From: Octopus bimaculoides
Taxonomy: Eukaryota
Assembly (NCBI RefSeq): GCF_001194135.2
Contig: NC_068983.1
Location: forward strand, 74,840,331 to 74,877,360
DNA length: 37,030 nt
Direction: 5' to 3'
Under the pieces are notes generated by a model. It searched no databases and had not been told where the DNA came from. It saw only the letters and a list, made by a program, of their open reading frames with translations. Both the position numbers and the translations under genes were made by a program. Positions 36,433 to 37,030 of the stretch are shown piece after piece; position 1 is the stretch's first letter; every line of letters begins with the position of its first letter.

Positions 36433-36680
36433 GCGTGTGTGTGTGTGTGTACACATATATTTGCATGTATGTGTGTATGTATATTTCTGTGTTTGTGCAT
36501 CTGTGTGGTGGCGAGAGTCGTAAGATTGCAGTCATGGCGTATGCTGTATGCTGTGCAACTCTGGCCAAATATAAACACAACCGATTTGTTCGAAATACAG
36601 GAAGTGTGTGAGAGAGAGAGAGAGAGGGAGAGCGAGAGAGAGAGAGAGAGAGAAAGGTGGTGGAAAGAGAGAGAGAGACA
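36340..36680. repeat. (TG)n and (AG)n microsatellites
   Basis: Read directly. Confidence 0.93.
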
Positions 36681-36975
36681 TTATCAACCTCAGTTCAAGA
36701 CGTGTGTTTTCTTCGTCGACTCCGAAAGCATGAAAGACGAAGTTGATCTAAGCAGATTTTAACAGAAGTGTACAGAGTCGGAATGAATACCACAAAACAT
36801 TTCATCTGACTCAAATGAATCTGCCAGCTTGCCACATTATTCCATTTGCATAATTGTTGCTCATGAGTGTGTGTGTGCGTGTATGTGTGTGTATGTGTGT
36901 TCATGTGTCTGCCTGTCTGTTTCTACACTTACACATACACACGTACATATCAAGTTTGTGTATTAGTATATACGC

Positions 36976-36976
<1 letters not shown>

Positions 36977-37030
<54 letters not shown>
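36977..37030. repeat. (TA)n microsatellite at the window end
   Basis: Read directly. Confidence 0.97.

Overview
This is AT-rich, microsatellite-dense eukaryotic genomic DNA with four N gaps (16067-16479, 19927-20879, 27270-27578, 34340-34349). The SINE families point to a coleoid cephalopod, most likely Octopus; this is inferred from my recall of those families, not from a search. I could not identify any host protein-coding exon, tRNA, rRNA or CRISPR array, so the window looks intronic or intergenic. Nearly all ORFs in the track are microsatellite, N-gap or SINE artefacts. The protein-like signals I could recognise are all decayed transposon pieces: a Tx1/L1-like LINE 3' end with a 10-bp TSD, two R4/Dong-like LINE 3' fragments, an RTE-like RT remnant, a Penelope-like RT fragment and a probable Penelope GIY-YIG remnant. 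There are also two complete mariner-type MITEs, a non-autonomous Helitron, many tRNA-derived SINEs and an unexplained perfect 31-bp hairpin. I see no evidence for a new gene system. The best leads are microsatellite-targeted LINE insertions, nested or deleted transposon derivatives, the hairpin, and a few unverified splice-flanked segments. Family names rest on motif recall and boundaries are approximate unless stated as exact.
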